From: an uncultured Chloroflexia bacterium
GTDB taxonomy: Bacteria; Chloroflexota; Limnocylindria; Limnocylindrales; CSP1-4
DNA length: 64,000 nucleotides
Assembly: GCA_963819655.1 (NCBI GenBank)
Contig: CAWFXA010000001.1
Span: 224,001 to 288,000 of the forward strand
Direction: 5' to 3'
In this document: in pieces, positions 39,165 through 47,851 of the stretch
Position numbering within the stretch: the first letter of the stretch is position 1
Layout of the letters: each line of letters starts with the position of its first letter
Position numbers and translations under genes: made by a program
The notes under the pieces: model-generated
The model's input: the letters and a program-made list of their open reading frames with translations, nothing else
Told to the model about the DNA's origin: nothing
Database searches by the model: none

Positions 39165-41002
39165 CAGGCGCTCCTCGCCGTCGTGGTAGCCGCCACGTGA
39201 TCGAGCTCGCGGTCGAGCTCACGGTCGAGCAGGGCCCGCGCGGCACGTTGGGCGACGATCGGGCGGAGCGTGTGATCGCGTCCCGGGAGTCGGTCCAGGC
39301 GGAGCGTCGGCCAGCGGCCGGAACGGGCGACGAAGCCGTCCCGCTCGAGCTCCGCGTAGAGGGGCTCATCGACCGAGAACGCCATGACGACGGTCGTGCC
39401 AGCCGCGCTCAAGCGATCGAGGATCGCCTCGGCCGAGTCCGGGCCGGGGCTGGCGGTTTCGGACGAGCGGCGGCGCCCCAGCGCCCGGCTCGGGGCCTGC
39501 GCGATGGCACGGAGGGCACGCCGGCGGAGGGCAGCGACCGTGGCACCCATGCGGGCGATCGGCACGCCACCGCGCAGGATCCGGCGCCACCAGGCGATCT
39601 CGCGCAGGCGGTGGACGCGGGCCGCCTGGCGGGCCTCGAGCAGGTCCGCTTGCCAGTCGAGGGCACCGGGGTTCAGCAACAGCGCAGCGGTCACCCGATC
39701 GTCCGCGGCGGCTCCCCGGAGGGCCCAGAAACCGCCCGCACACAGCCCGGCGAGGACGATCCGTGGGCCGTGGCCGCGGTGGGCGAGGGCGTCGATCGCG
39801 GCACTGATCTGTGCGCCGACCTCGTCGCGGACGTAGAACTCGGCGACGTCGCGATACCGCTCGGCGTCGCCGTCGGAGTCGCCGATGCCTTCGAGGTCGA
39901 TCCGAACCGTCGCCACGCCGCGCGCCGCCCAGCGGCGGGCGGTATCGACCCAGATCCGGTTCGGGCCGATCCGGCGCACCGCCCCGGCGTTGAGCAGCAC
40001 GGCGCCAACGGGCTGGGCCGGTACCCCGACCGGCCGCGCCAGGATGGCGAAGAGGCGCGTCTCCCCGCCGTCGATCGAGATCGGCGTCTCGCGGATCGCC
40101 ACGCCATCGATGGTGAGGTCGAGTTCGGCCGACGCGGTCGGCGGCGCGGCCGGCGCGGCGTGGACGGGGACGACGCCGGCCGGTGCGTCGGCCACCCATG
40201 CGCCGACGGTGTCGAGCACCTCGCGCGGGATCGACTGATTCTCGGGATGGAAAGTCATGGGACCCCAGCCGGGACCCGGCCGCGTCGTGACCTGGACGCC
40301 CTCGCTCACGAGATGCGCCGCGAGGGCCGCGTCGGCGGGGATCCCGTCCTGGTCCAGGAGCAGCGCCCGCTGGAGACCGTGCGCGGGCAGGTCGACCAGG
40401 ACCACGGGCTCCAGGGCGTCGATCGTTTCGGCCGAGAGGACGAATCCGTTGACCTCGAGCCAGCCGTCCGGGAGCAGCGCGGGCTCGGGCTCGCCGGTCA
40501 GGCTGTAGCGCGACCCCTGCAGCCCGGCGAAGGCCCGCATCTGGCGCACGACACCGCGCCCGCGCGCCGGGACGCCCCATAGCACGAGGTCGTCCATGGC
40601 CGCTCCCGCCGCGAGTGCCATCGCGGCCGCGAGGCCACCGAGCCCGAGCCCGACCACCGCGATCCGCGGGCAGCCGGACTCGGCACGGAGCCAGGCGATG
40701 GCCGAGGTGACTGCCGCGACCGACGCCTTTAGCCGCGCAGGGTCGGCGGCGGAGCCACCGCTGTCGCCGGTCCCGGGCAGCTCGATGCGGAGCGTCGGGT
40801 GCCCGGCTGCGGCGAGCTCGTTCGCCCAGGTGCGCCTGGCCCGATACGAGCTCACGTCGTCCCAGCCCCACGGCGGCGTCAGCACGATGGCCGTCGAGGC
40901 GAGCGCATCGGCCGGGGCCGCGTGGAACATGCCGAACGCGGCATCCACGCCGGTCCCGAGATACACGGGTCGCACGTCGGAGCCGGGATCGAGATCGCTC
41001 AT
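39164..41002 (-). CDS. Tandem alpha/beta-hydrolase fusion (exosortase-associated hydrolase 2 + hydrolase 1-like)
   Basis: Two GxGDS motifs (PGTGDS, EGIGDS); elbows GLGLGG and GLCAGG; C-terminal DHT. Confidence 0.8.
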   Translation of the reverse strand: MSDLDPGSDVRPVYLGTGVDAAFGMFHAAPADALASTAIVLTPPWGWDDVSSYRARRTWANELAAAGHPTLRIELPGTGDSGGSAADPARLKASVAAVTSAIAWLRAESGCPRIAVVGLGLGGLAAAMALAAGAAMDDLVLWGVPARGRGVVRQMRAFAGLQGSRYSLTGEPEPALLPDGWLEVNGFVLSAETIDALEPVVLVDLPAHGLQRALLLDQDGIPADAALAAHLVSEGVQVTTRPGPGWGPMTFHPENQSIPREVLDTVGAWVADAPAGVVPVHAAPAAPPTASAELDLTIDGVAIRETPISIDGGETRLFAILARPVGVPAQPVGAVLLNAGAVRRIGPNRIWVDTARRWAARGVATVRIDLEGIGDSDGDAERYRDVAEFYVRDEVGAQISAAIDALAHRGHGPRIVLAGLCAGGFWALRGAAADDRVTAALLLNPGALDWQADLLEARQAARVHRLREIAWWRRILRGGVPIARMGATVAALRRRALRAIAQAPSRALGRRRSSETASPGPDSAEAILDRLSAAGTTVVMAFSVDEPLYAELERDGFVARSGRWPTLRLDRLPGRDHTLRPIVAQRAARALLDRELDRELDHVAATTTARSA

Positions 41003-43524
41003 CGGACTGCGATCTCGTGGGCGCCGGCGAGGTTGATCGCGGTCAGGCGACCGCCACGGAACGGGGTGCCCACCACGGTCGGCCGGAGCCGGATCCGCCG
41101 GGCATGGCCCGGCTCGATCGAGAACGCATCGTCCTCGGGGACCCAGCCGGGTGCCTCGAATCGGACTCCGTAGACCAGCTTCCGCGCCCGGATCTCGACC
41201 GTCACGTCGTCGCCGACGTCGCCGGCGTCACTGGCCAGCTCGGCCTCCAGGCCGATGGCGGAGGCCGTCTCGATCGCAGACGGGCGGCCCGCCGGGAAGC
41301 GCATGGCCATCGACAGCTGCTCCGGGGGGTCACCGTCGACTGTCTCCAGGCTGGCGACCACCAGGTCCTGCGCCGGCGGTCCGAAGCGGTAGGCCCACGA
41401 CACATCGACGAACCGACCGAGCAGTGTCTCGACGTTGCGTTCCGCCGTCCCATGTCCGGGCAGCTCGATGGGGACGGTGATGTCGCCGACCGGGACCTGG
41501 CCGTCCCGATAGAGCGCGACCCGCAGCCGCGCCGACAGCGGCTCGGGCCGGTCGTTCGCGACGTGGACGGCGATCCCCCCAAGCCCTTCGTCCGTCATCC
41601 AGACCGCGATCGGGGCGAGGGCACGACGGATGTGATGGAAGGCGGTCTTGGGCCGTCCATCCCGGTCGAGCAGACCCCAGCCGGCACCCGACACGACATC
41701 CCGCCACCACAGGACGAGGCCGCCACCGCAGGTCGACGCCGCTCGGCGCCACTCCCCGAACACGTCGGCCATGACCTCGCCGGTCACGGCTCGGGACAGA
41801 GCCAGATACCGCGCCGGGTCGTCGCGCCGAAGCGCTGCCGGATCGACGCCGTAGAGCTCGCCGAGATAGTGATCGCGAACGTCCGCGAAGTCCCAGGTGG
41901 AGCCGTTGTCGCGGGGCACGCCTGCCGATCCCGTCCCGTCCGGGACGTCCATCGCGTCATCGGGCAGATTGGAGAAGGCCAGGCACTCGGCCGCGAAACG
42001 GACGCCCGCCATCCGTGCGTCCGACAAGGGCCGCCGGTAGCCGCCGACGCCGTAGTAGTTGGCGATTCCGCGGTCCGGGCGGAACGGCAGGTCGCCACCG
42101 AGCGGCGTCGATGGCACGACCACGGCATCCGATCCGGCGTTCGCCGCGATGGCGGGCAACGTCTCGGCGTAGAACGGGTCGCGCCCCAGCAGCGGGTCGA
42201 GCCCGAGCATCGCGACCTGCTGCTCGATCTCGCTGTTGCCGCACACCACCGCGGTGCTCGGATGGCCGGCGAGCCGCCCGACCACCTGCGCCGCCTCGCG
42301 CTCGGCGAGGCCCCGGAACGCATCGTCGGCGAACGGGTAGTCGAGGTTCGCGAACATCAGGTCCTGCCATACGAGGATGCCGAGCTCGTCGCACAGCGCG
42401 TGGAACGCGTCGGACTCGTACAGACCGATGCCGGGGACGCGCAGCATGTTCATCCCGCCGGCCACGACCAGCTCGAGGGATGCCCGAAGCTCAGCCTCCG
42501 GAACGGCGATCCCGACGGGGTCGATCGGCGTCCATACGGCGCCGCGCCCGAAGACGCGCACGCCGTTGATGTGCGGGTCGAGTCCGTCCCGCGCGACATC
42601 GTGATCCGGGCTCGGGCCTGGCGCCAGCGACCGGAAGCCGACACGTCCGGCGTCGACGGTCAGTGTCGACGCGCCCGACACGACCCGGAGAACCACCGAG
42701 TGCAGCGCCGGGGTGCCGTGCGTGTGCGGCCACCAGGTCGCGACTTCCGGGATGCGCATCTCGCCCGCGAAACGCTGTGACCCATCGGTCGCCGTCACGT
42801 CCACGGTCGCCTCGTGCCGGCCGGACGGCCCGTCGAGCTCGACCAGCACGCGGTCCGGCACATCGGCCCCGAGCGATCGGAGACGTCCGCCGATCTCGAG
42901 CCGCCCGACGTCGCCATCGAGCGTCGCGCGAACGCGCAGGTCATCGGCCACGACGCCCCGCCCGCGCTCGATCGAGACGGGGCGCCATGGACCGACGACC
43001 GGCGGCCCGGCTGAGAAGCCTGGGGCACGCCCGAAAAGCGATGTCCGGAACCAGCGCAGGTTCCCGTCGTTGACGAGTGCCGTGCGCCAGCGTGCGCGCG
43101 GCGTGCGCGACTCGGCGAGGAGCGGGGTGAGCGGCCGGCAGCGGATCTCGAGCTCGTGAGATCCACCGACGAGCCGGGTGATGTCGACGATATGTCCCAG
43201 GAACATCGACTCGCTCGTCGCGACGGTCACGCCGTCGAGCAGGACGTCGGCGATCGTCGCGATCCCGTCGAGGCGAAGGACGACCTCCTCGCCCGGTCGA
43301 GCAGGCGCCGCCTCGAAGTGCGTCCGGAATGACCACTCCGCGTCATCGACACCGGCCGGGAGCGCTCGCCCCGCATCGCGGTACGCACCCGCGACGGTGC
43401 CGGGGACGCGCGCTGGGATCCGATCGGCGGAGGGTGAACCCCCAACAACGACCTCCCAGCCCGTGTCGATGGCGTGGACCTCGAGACCCAGCGCGATCGG
43501 CGCGACGGGTGCTATCACAGCCAT
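40999..43524 (-). CDS. Glycoside hydrolase family 2 (beta-mannosidase-like)
   Basis: LDGIATIA..LDG...SESMF, WWPHTHG.PAL, GMNMLRV, CDELGILVWQD.MF, CGNSE, FAAEC. Confidence 0.88.
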   Translation of the reverse strand: MAVIAPVAPIALGLEVHAIDTGWEVVVGGSPSADRIPARVPGTVAGAYRDAGRALPAGVDDAEWSFRTHFEAAPARPGEEVVLRLDGIATIADVLLDGVTVATSESMFLGHIVDITRLVGGSHELEIRCRPLTPLLAESRTPRARWRTALVNDGNLRWFRTSLFGRAPGFSAGPPVVGPWRPVSIERGRGVVADDLRVRATLDGDVGRLEIGGRLRSLGADVPDRVLVELDGPSGRHEATVDVTATDGSQRFAGEMRIPEVATWWPHTHGTPALHSVVLRVVSGASTLTVDAGRVGFRSLAPGPSPDHDVARDGLDPHINGVRVFGRGAVWTPIDPVGIAVPEAELRASLELVVAGGMNMLRVPGIGLYESDAFHALCDELGILVWQDLMFANLDYPFADDAFRGLAEREAAQVVGRLAGHPSTAVVCGNSEIEQQVAMLGLDPLLGRDPFYAETLPAIAANAGSDAVVVPSTPLGGDLPFRPDRGIANYYGVGGYRRPLSDARMAGVRFAAECLAFSNLPDDAMDVPDGTGSAGVPRDNGSTWDFADVRDHYLGELYGVDPAALRRDDPARYLALSRAVTGEVMADVFGEWRRAASTCGGGLVLWWRDVVSGAGWGLLDRDGRPKTAFHHIRRALAPIAVWMTDEGLGGIAVHVANDRPEPLSARLRVALYRDGQVPVGDITVPIELPGHGTAERNVETLLGRFVDVSWAYRFGPPAQDLVVASLETVDGDPPEQLSMAMRFPAGRPSAIETASAIGLEAELASDAGDVGDDVTVEIRARKLVYGVRFEAPGWVPEDDAFSIEPGHARRIRLRPTVVGTPFRGGRLTAINLAGAHEIAVR

Positions 43525-43525
43525 C

Positions 43526-44497
43526 TCAGCCGACCGCCGCGTGCAGCGCGCCGATCGCCGACGTCCACGCCTCGGACATCGCCGCGACCGTCGGCCCCGG
43601 GTCGAACGGCCGCTGTCGCGCAAGCTTGAAACCGAGCACCTTGGCGCCCTCGACGATCCCGCTGAACGCGTCCGATGCAGGCTGGCCCGCCGAACCGAGC
43701 AGCCAGTCGACATGCGAGGCAAGCAGTTCGAACCCGGCGCCGGCCATCCGCACCGTGGCGAAGGCGTAGGCGTGATACATGGCGGGGTCACCGTCGAGCA
43801 GCGCGGGCAGGTCCGCGACCAGTCGGTCGCCGAACCGCGCGAACGGATCGGTCGCGGGGGCCTTGGTCAGGTGATGGCGGATCGCGTCGAGCGACGCGCC
43901 GCGCAGGTCGGATCCGGACAGTCGAGGTCCAGCGTCGAACCGGACGAGCTCGGTGTACGGCGGCAGGATCGCGGGATCGGCCCCGTCGAGTCGGAAGATG
44001 CCGCGGTAGTCGTCACCTGCGAGCTCGTAGAGCGAGGCGTTGTGGAAGTAGCGCAGGCGCTCGCCGGCGACGTCGATCGCCTCCGGGATGACCGACGTCT
44101 TGACGTTCTGGGTCCGGTAGCTCGTTGACGCCGTGTCGGGCAGGAACCACGCGTCGAGCTCGACGGTCATCGTCCTGCTGTCCGCGATGAGCTCGGCGAT
44201 CTGGAGCGGTAGCGGCCGGTATGGCTGCATCTCGTGGATGTCCAGGCCGAACAGGGTTTCGAGATCACGCTGATCGGGCTTGAAGAAGCCCCACTGGTCG
44301 TTCTCGAAATCGAGCCGGACCAGCCCACCGAGCGCCGCCAGCGGCTCATCCCCACGCGCGTGCAGCAGCTCGATGAGGATGTCCGTGTAGCAATTGGTCT
44401 CGGGGTACGTCCGGTCGTCGCCGTGGACGCGGTGCGGCCGGTAGGCGGTCGGATCGAGGCCGAACAGACTCACGAGACCAGACGTGGCAGTCGTCAT
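43526..44497 (-). CDS. DUF1839 family protein
   Basis: ETNCYTD, DFENDQWGFFKP, ELDAWFLPDT, YFHNA, LPPYTE, YAFATVRMAGA; family recognised from motifs and cluster context. Confidence 0.75.
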   Translation of the reverse strand: MTTATSGLVSLFGLDPTAYRPHRVHGDDRTYPETNCYTDILIELLHARGDEPLAALGGLVRLDFENDQWGFFKPDQRDLETLFGLDIHEMQPYRPLPLQIAELIADSRTMTVELDAWFLPDTASTSYRTQNVKTSVIPEAIDVAGERLRYFHNASLYELAGDDYRGIFRLDGADPAILPPYTELVRFDAGPRLSGSDLRGASLDAIRHHLTKAPATDPFARFGDRLVADLPALLDGDPAMYHAYAFATVRMAGAGFELLASHVDWLLGSAGQPASDAFSGIVEGAKVLGFKLARQRPFDPGPTVAAMSEAWTSAIGALHAAVG

Positions 44498-45426
44498 CGG
44501 GGCCACAGCTCGTCGCGCACAGCGGCAGGCCACGTCAATGGGTCGAAGCCATGGGTCTTGAGGAGCGCGATGACGACACGCTCGTGGCCGAAGCCGAGGC
44601 AGGCGGTGTTGACATCGCCGCCGTCGGTACGGGTCATCCCGTGCATGGTCGCGAAGTGGTCCTGGTGGAAGTTGAACGAGGCGACCGCGGTCGGCGTCGG
44701 ACCCGCGATATGGACGAGGACCTCGATCTTGAGTGCCTGCTCGCGCTGGCTGGCCGCGAGCATCCGCCCGGTCCGGCCGAAGAACGGATCGGACGCCACG
44801 TCGCCGGCCGCGTCGAGGCCGAGGCAACGCAGCAGCTCGAGTCCGCGCTGCGCCCACCGGTCGCGCCACGCCAGGACCTCAGTCGGATCGCCGATCCGGA
44901 CGAGCTCCCGCATGTGGAACATCTGGAGCCGGGCGGGATCGTGCGACGGCTCGTGACGAAATACGTACGACCCGCCCGGATCGATCGTGACGCCGTCGCG
45001 ACCGAGCGGCCCCCGTGCCGCAACCGCGGCGTAGACCGGGTAGCAGACCGCGGGGACGAGAGCAACGTCGGTCATCGACTGGAACTCGCTCCAGTCCTCG
45101 TGGCGGCTCGCGCGTTCGTACTGCTCGAGCGCCTCGGATTCCGTGCCCTCGAACCCGAAGATCGCACCGGCAAGATGCGGGAACGACTTGAGGTAGCCGC
45201 TCTGCTCGAACAGCCGCCGGGGCAGGATCGGCGGGAAGCGCATCGACTCGGCGCCCTCGTCGACGGCGGTTCGCGTCACGAGCTCGTCGAACCGGAGCCG
45301 GATGTCCTCGAACACGGCACCACGTCCATACAGCCCGGGGACGCCGGTCCAGATGAGGAGGCCGTGATCGATCAGTGCGTCGAGCAGCGCCGCCTGGTCC
45401 GGCGTGGCCGCCTGGATCCCCCGCAC
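44494..45426 (-). CDS. Amino acid--[acyl-carrier-protein] ligase (SerRS catalytic-domain homolog)
   Basis: GYLKSFPHL, PAVCYPVY, FRHEPS, RLQMFHMRE, SFNFHQDHF, TACLGFGHER; no tRNA-binding domain. Confidence 0.92.
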   Translation of the reverse strand: MRGIQAATPDQAALLDALIDHGLLIWTGVPGLYGRGAVFEDIRLRFDELVTRTAVDEGAESMRFPPILPRRLFEQSGYLKSFPHLAGAIFGFEGTESEALEQYERASRHEDWSEFQSMTDVALVPAVCYPVYAAVAARGPLGRDGVTIDPGGSYVFRHEPSHDPARLQMFHMRELVRIGDPTEVLAWRDRWAQRGLELLRCLGLDAAGDVASDPFFGRTGRMLAASQREQALKIEVLVHIAGPTPTAVASFNFHQDHFATMHGMTRTDGGDVNTACLGFGHERVVIALLKTHGFDPLTWPAAVRDELWPR

Positions 45427-45427
45427 G

Positions 45428-46603
45428 TCAGACGTCCTTGGCGATCAGCAGGAGGCTGGCGTTGGTCTGGTGGATCCGCTCGTTGGCGACCATGAGCGAC
45501 GCCGACATCGAGTCGCGGATATGCCGCCCGACGCTGAAGGGCGTGTCGTTCTTGAACCCGACGATGCCGGTGACGCCGAGCGCTCCCTGGCAGATCTTGG
45601 GGGCGTGCTCGGACGCCGCGAGCTTGAGGTTGTTGAAGCGCAGGATCGTGGCCATCGTCGTCAGTCGTTCACGGTCGCTCTCCGGGACATCCGTGAAGTC
45701 GCGCAGGCCCGATCCGACCTCCGCGCGGAGCAGCGCCAGGTCCGTCATCAGGTGCGACAGCCGCTGCGCGAGCGGCTGGGCCGCCTCGGGCCGACCCTTC
45801 GCTGAGGCTCGAACGAACGCCCGTGCGCGGTCGAATGCGTCGGTGGCGATGCCCAGCCAGAGGTGCGACCACAGCACGTGTGTCACGGGCACCATCGACT
45901 CCGGCGCGATCGTCGAGAACGGCGTCGGCATGATCTGGTCGGTCGGGAACTCGGCTCGAACGGTGAAGCCCGGCGAGCATGTGCCCCGCATCCCGAGCGG
46001 ATCCCACGTGCCGTTCTGCTCGAGGATCGTCTGATCACGGCGCGTCAGCGCAAGGACCTGGTCGCCGGGCTCGGCGTCCGGCGTCCGGCGGAGCGTCGTC
46101 AGGAAGTCGTCGGCATACGACCCGTAGGACACCGTCGGGGCGGCCTTCTCGAAGGTCGCACAGCCATCCCCGCTCGGCGCCACGGCGGCGATCGACCGTC
46201 CGATGTCGCCGCCGGTCCCGATCTCCGAGGTGACCGACGCGATGAGCCGCTGCTCGCGCGCGAGCTCGCGCAGATAGCCTTGGAACCATGGCGCACCGTC
46301 GGCGTGACGGATGAGCGTCGCCACCTGGATCTGGTGCATCCCGAACACCATGCCGCTCGCACCGCAGCGCCGGCCGAGTTCGAACACCGCCGCCGCGATC
46401 GTCTCGAGGCGCATACCCCCGCCGTCCATATCGGCCGGCACGAGCGCGGCGAGCGCGCCTTCGGCGCGAAGCGCATCCATGGTCTCGCTCGGGAATCGAG
46501 CGTCGCGGTCCACGCCGTCGGCGTTCGGCGCGGCCACCTCATCGGCGATCCGTCGGATCGACTCGAGGAACGCCTGATCGCGATCGACCAGCCCCACGGT
46601 CAT
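45428..46603 (-). CDS. Acyl-CoA dehydrogenase-fold flavoprotein acting on an ACP-bound substrate (inferred)
   Basis: VDRDARFP, SVTSEIGTGGD, WDPLGMRGTCS, NNLKLAASE, RHIRDS. Confidence 0.85.
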   Translation of the reverse strand: MTVGLVDRDQAFLESIRRIADEVAAPNADGVDRDARFPSETMDALRAEGALAALVPADMDGGGMRLETIAAAVFELGRRCGASGMVFGMHQIQVATLIRHADGAPWFQGYLRELAREQRLIASVTSEIGTGGDIGRSIAAVAPSGDGCATFEKAAPTVSYGSYADDFLTTLRRTPDAEPGDQVLALTRRDQTILEQNGTWDPLGMRGTCSPGFTVRAEFPTDQIMPTPFSTIAPESMVPVTHVLWSHLWLGIATDAFDRARAFVRASAKGRPEAAQPLAQRLSHLMTDLALLRAEVGSGLRDFTDVPESDRERLTTMATILRFNNLKLAASEHAPKICQGALGVTGIVGFKNDTPFSVGRHIRDSMSASLMVANERIHQTNASLLLIAKDV

Positions 46604-46842
46604 GCCGCGACCCCCAGCGTCTCGAGTGCGTCGCTGATCGCACGGACGCTCTGGAACACGGTCCGCTTCAGCATGGCGTCCGGGAACTCGACGTCGAACT
46701 CGGACTCGAGCGCCAGCATCACGTTGACGCTGGCATGCGACGTCATGCCGGCCTGGTACAGGTCCGCCTCGTCGTCGAGCTTGTCGAGGTCGGCGGGTAG
46801 CCGGCCATGCTCACGGATGATCTTTCGAACGCGCTCGACCAC
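46600..46842 (-). CDS. Acyl/aminoacyl carrier protein
   Basis: DLYQAGMTSHASVNVMLALESEFDVEFPD (phosphopantetheine Ser). Confidence 0.92.
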   Translation of the reverse strand: MVERVRKIIREHGRLPADLDKLDDEADLYQAGMTSHASVNVMLALESEFDVEFPDAMLKRTVFQSVRAISDALETLGVAA

Positions 46843-47054
46843 GAACCGAGGCCCCCCTGATCGCTTTGTTACCTGTGTCGGTGCCCGATGTCGGGCTAGA
46901 CGATGACGGCCGGAGCATACGATGCGACGGGGCCGATGGGACCTTCGTCATCCCCGATAAGGGCCCATTCGGCGTCGTTGTGGTGCGCCTGCGCAACCGT
47001 GCGACCGACCTTGACGTCACGGCACTACCCCGCAAGCATCCGGATGTGAACAAC

Positions 47055-47477
47055 GTGTCAATTCTTCGTTTTGGCCTTGACCTCGTGCCGGTCGCCTCGG
47101 TCGTCCAGAACATCGCGGACCACGACGCTCGCTACCTCGAACGGGTCTACACGGCGGGTGAGGTGGCGGACAGCCGGACCGCCTCCCGCGTCGATGCGCG
47201 CCGGCTCGCGGAGCGGTTCGCGGTCAAGGAGGCGACGCTCAAGGTCCTGCCGGCATCCGACGAAGGCATCGACTTCCGTTCGATCGAGCTCGTCTGCGAC
47301 CGCGCGACCGGACGGCTCGGGGTGGCCGTCCACGGCAGGGCTGCAGAGCTCGCGGCCGCATCGGGAATCACGCGCTTCGCGGTCAGCGTCACCAGCGACG
47401 AGCGGCTGGCCGCGGCGGTGGTCGTCGCAGAAGTCGGCGACCCGGCGCCCGATGACGCGCCGGCTACGACTCGCTGA
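47055..47477 (+). CDS. acpS: Holo-ACP synthase (AcpS-type PPTase)
   Basis: GLDLV, VYTAGE, LAERFAVKEATLK. Start uncertain (GTG 47046 or 47055). Confidence 0.82.
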   Translation: MSILRFGLDLVPVASVVQNIADHDARYLERVYTAGEVADSRTASRVDARRLAERFAVKEATLKVLPASDEGIDFRSIELVCDRATGRLGVAVHGRAAELAAASGITRFAVSVTSDERLAAAVVVAEVGDPAPDDAPATTR

Positions 47478-47802
47478 TCTCCAGGGGGCCGTCCGGGACC
47501 TCGATGAGGACCCGACCGTTCTCGAGGACCACCGGGTAGACCGCGAGAGCGTCCTCCGCCGGAGGGTCGATCGGTTCGCCGCTCGTCAGGTCGAAGCGCG
47601 ACATGTGGAGCGCGCAGGTCAGCGTGCCGTTGGTCAGGAACCCCTTGTCGAGCTCGAAATACTCGTGCGAGCACACGCCCTGGACGGCGGTGAAGTCGCC
47701 GCCCTGGTTGATCACGAGCACCTGGTCGGTGCCGTCCACGAAGACCATCTTCATCTCGCCGTCGTCGATCTCATCGATGCCGATCAGGTCGATCCGTCTC
47801 AT
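47464..47802 (-). CDS. Rieske 2Fe-2S ferredoxin
   Basis: CSHE...CALHMSRFDL. Confidence 0.9.
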   Translation of the reverse strand: MRRIDLIGIDEIDDGEMKMVFVDGTDQVLVINQGGDFTAVQGVCSHEYFELDKGFLTNGTLTCALHMSRFDLTSGEPIDPPAEDALAVYPVVLENGRVLIEVPDGPLEISES

Positions 47803-47851
47803 CGCGCTGCCCCGCCCGCGGCGGGCCGACGCGACGGAGGTTGTGGAGGCA

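Noticed and set aside
43525-44869. Long N-terminal extensions of the GH2 and DUF1839 ORFs
   Set aside because: They overlap upstream genes out of frame; coupled internal ATGs (43524, 44497) fit better.
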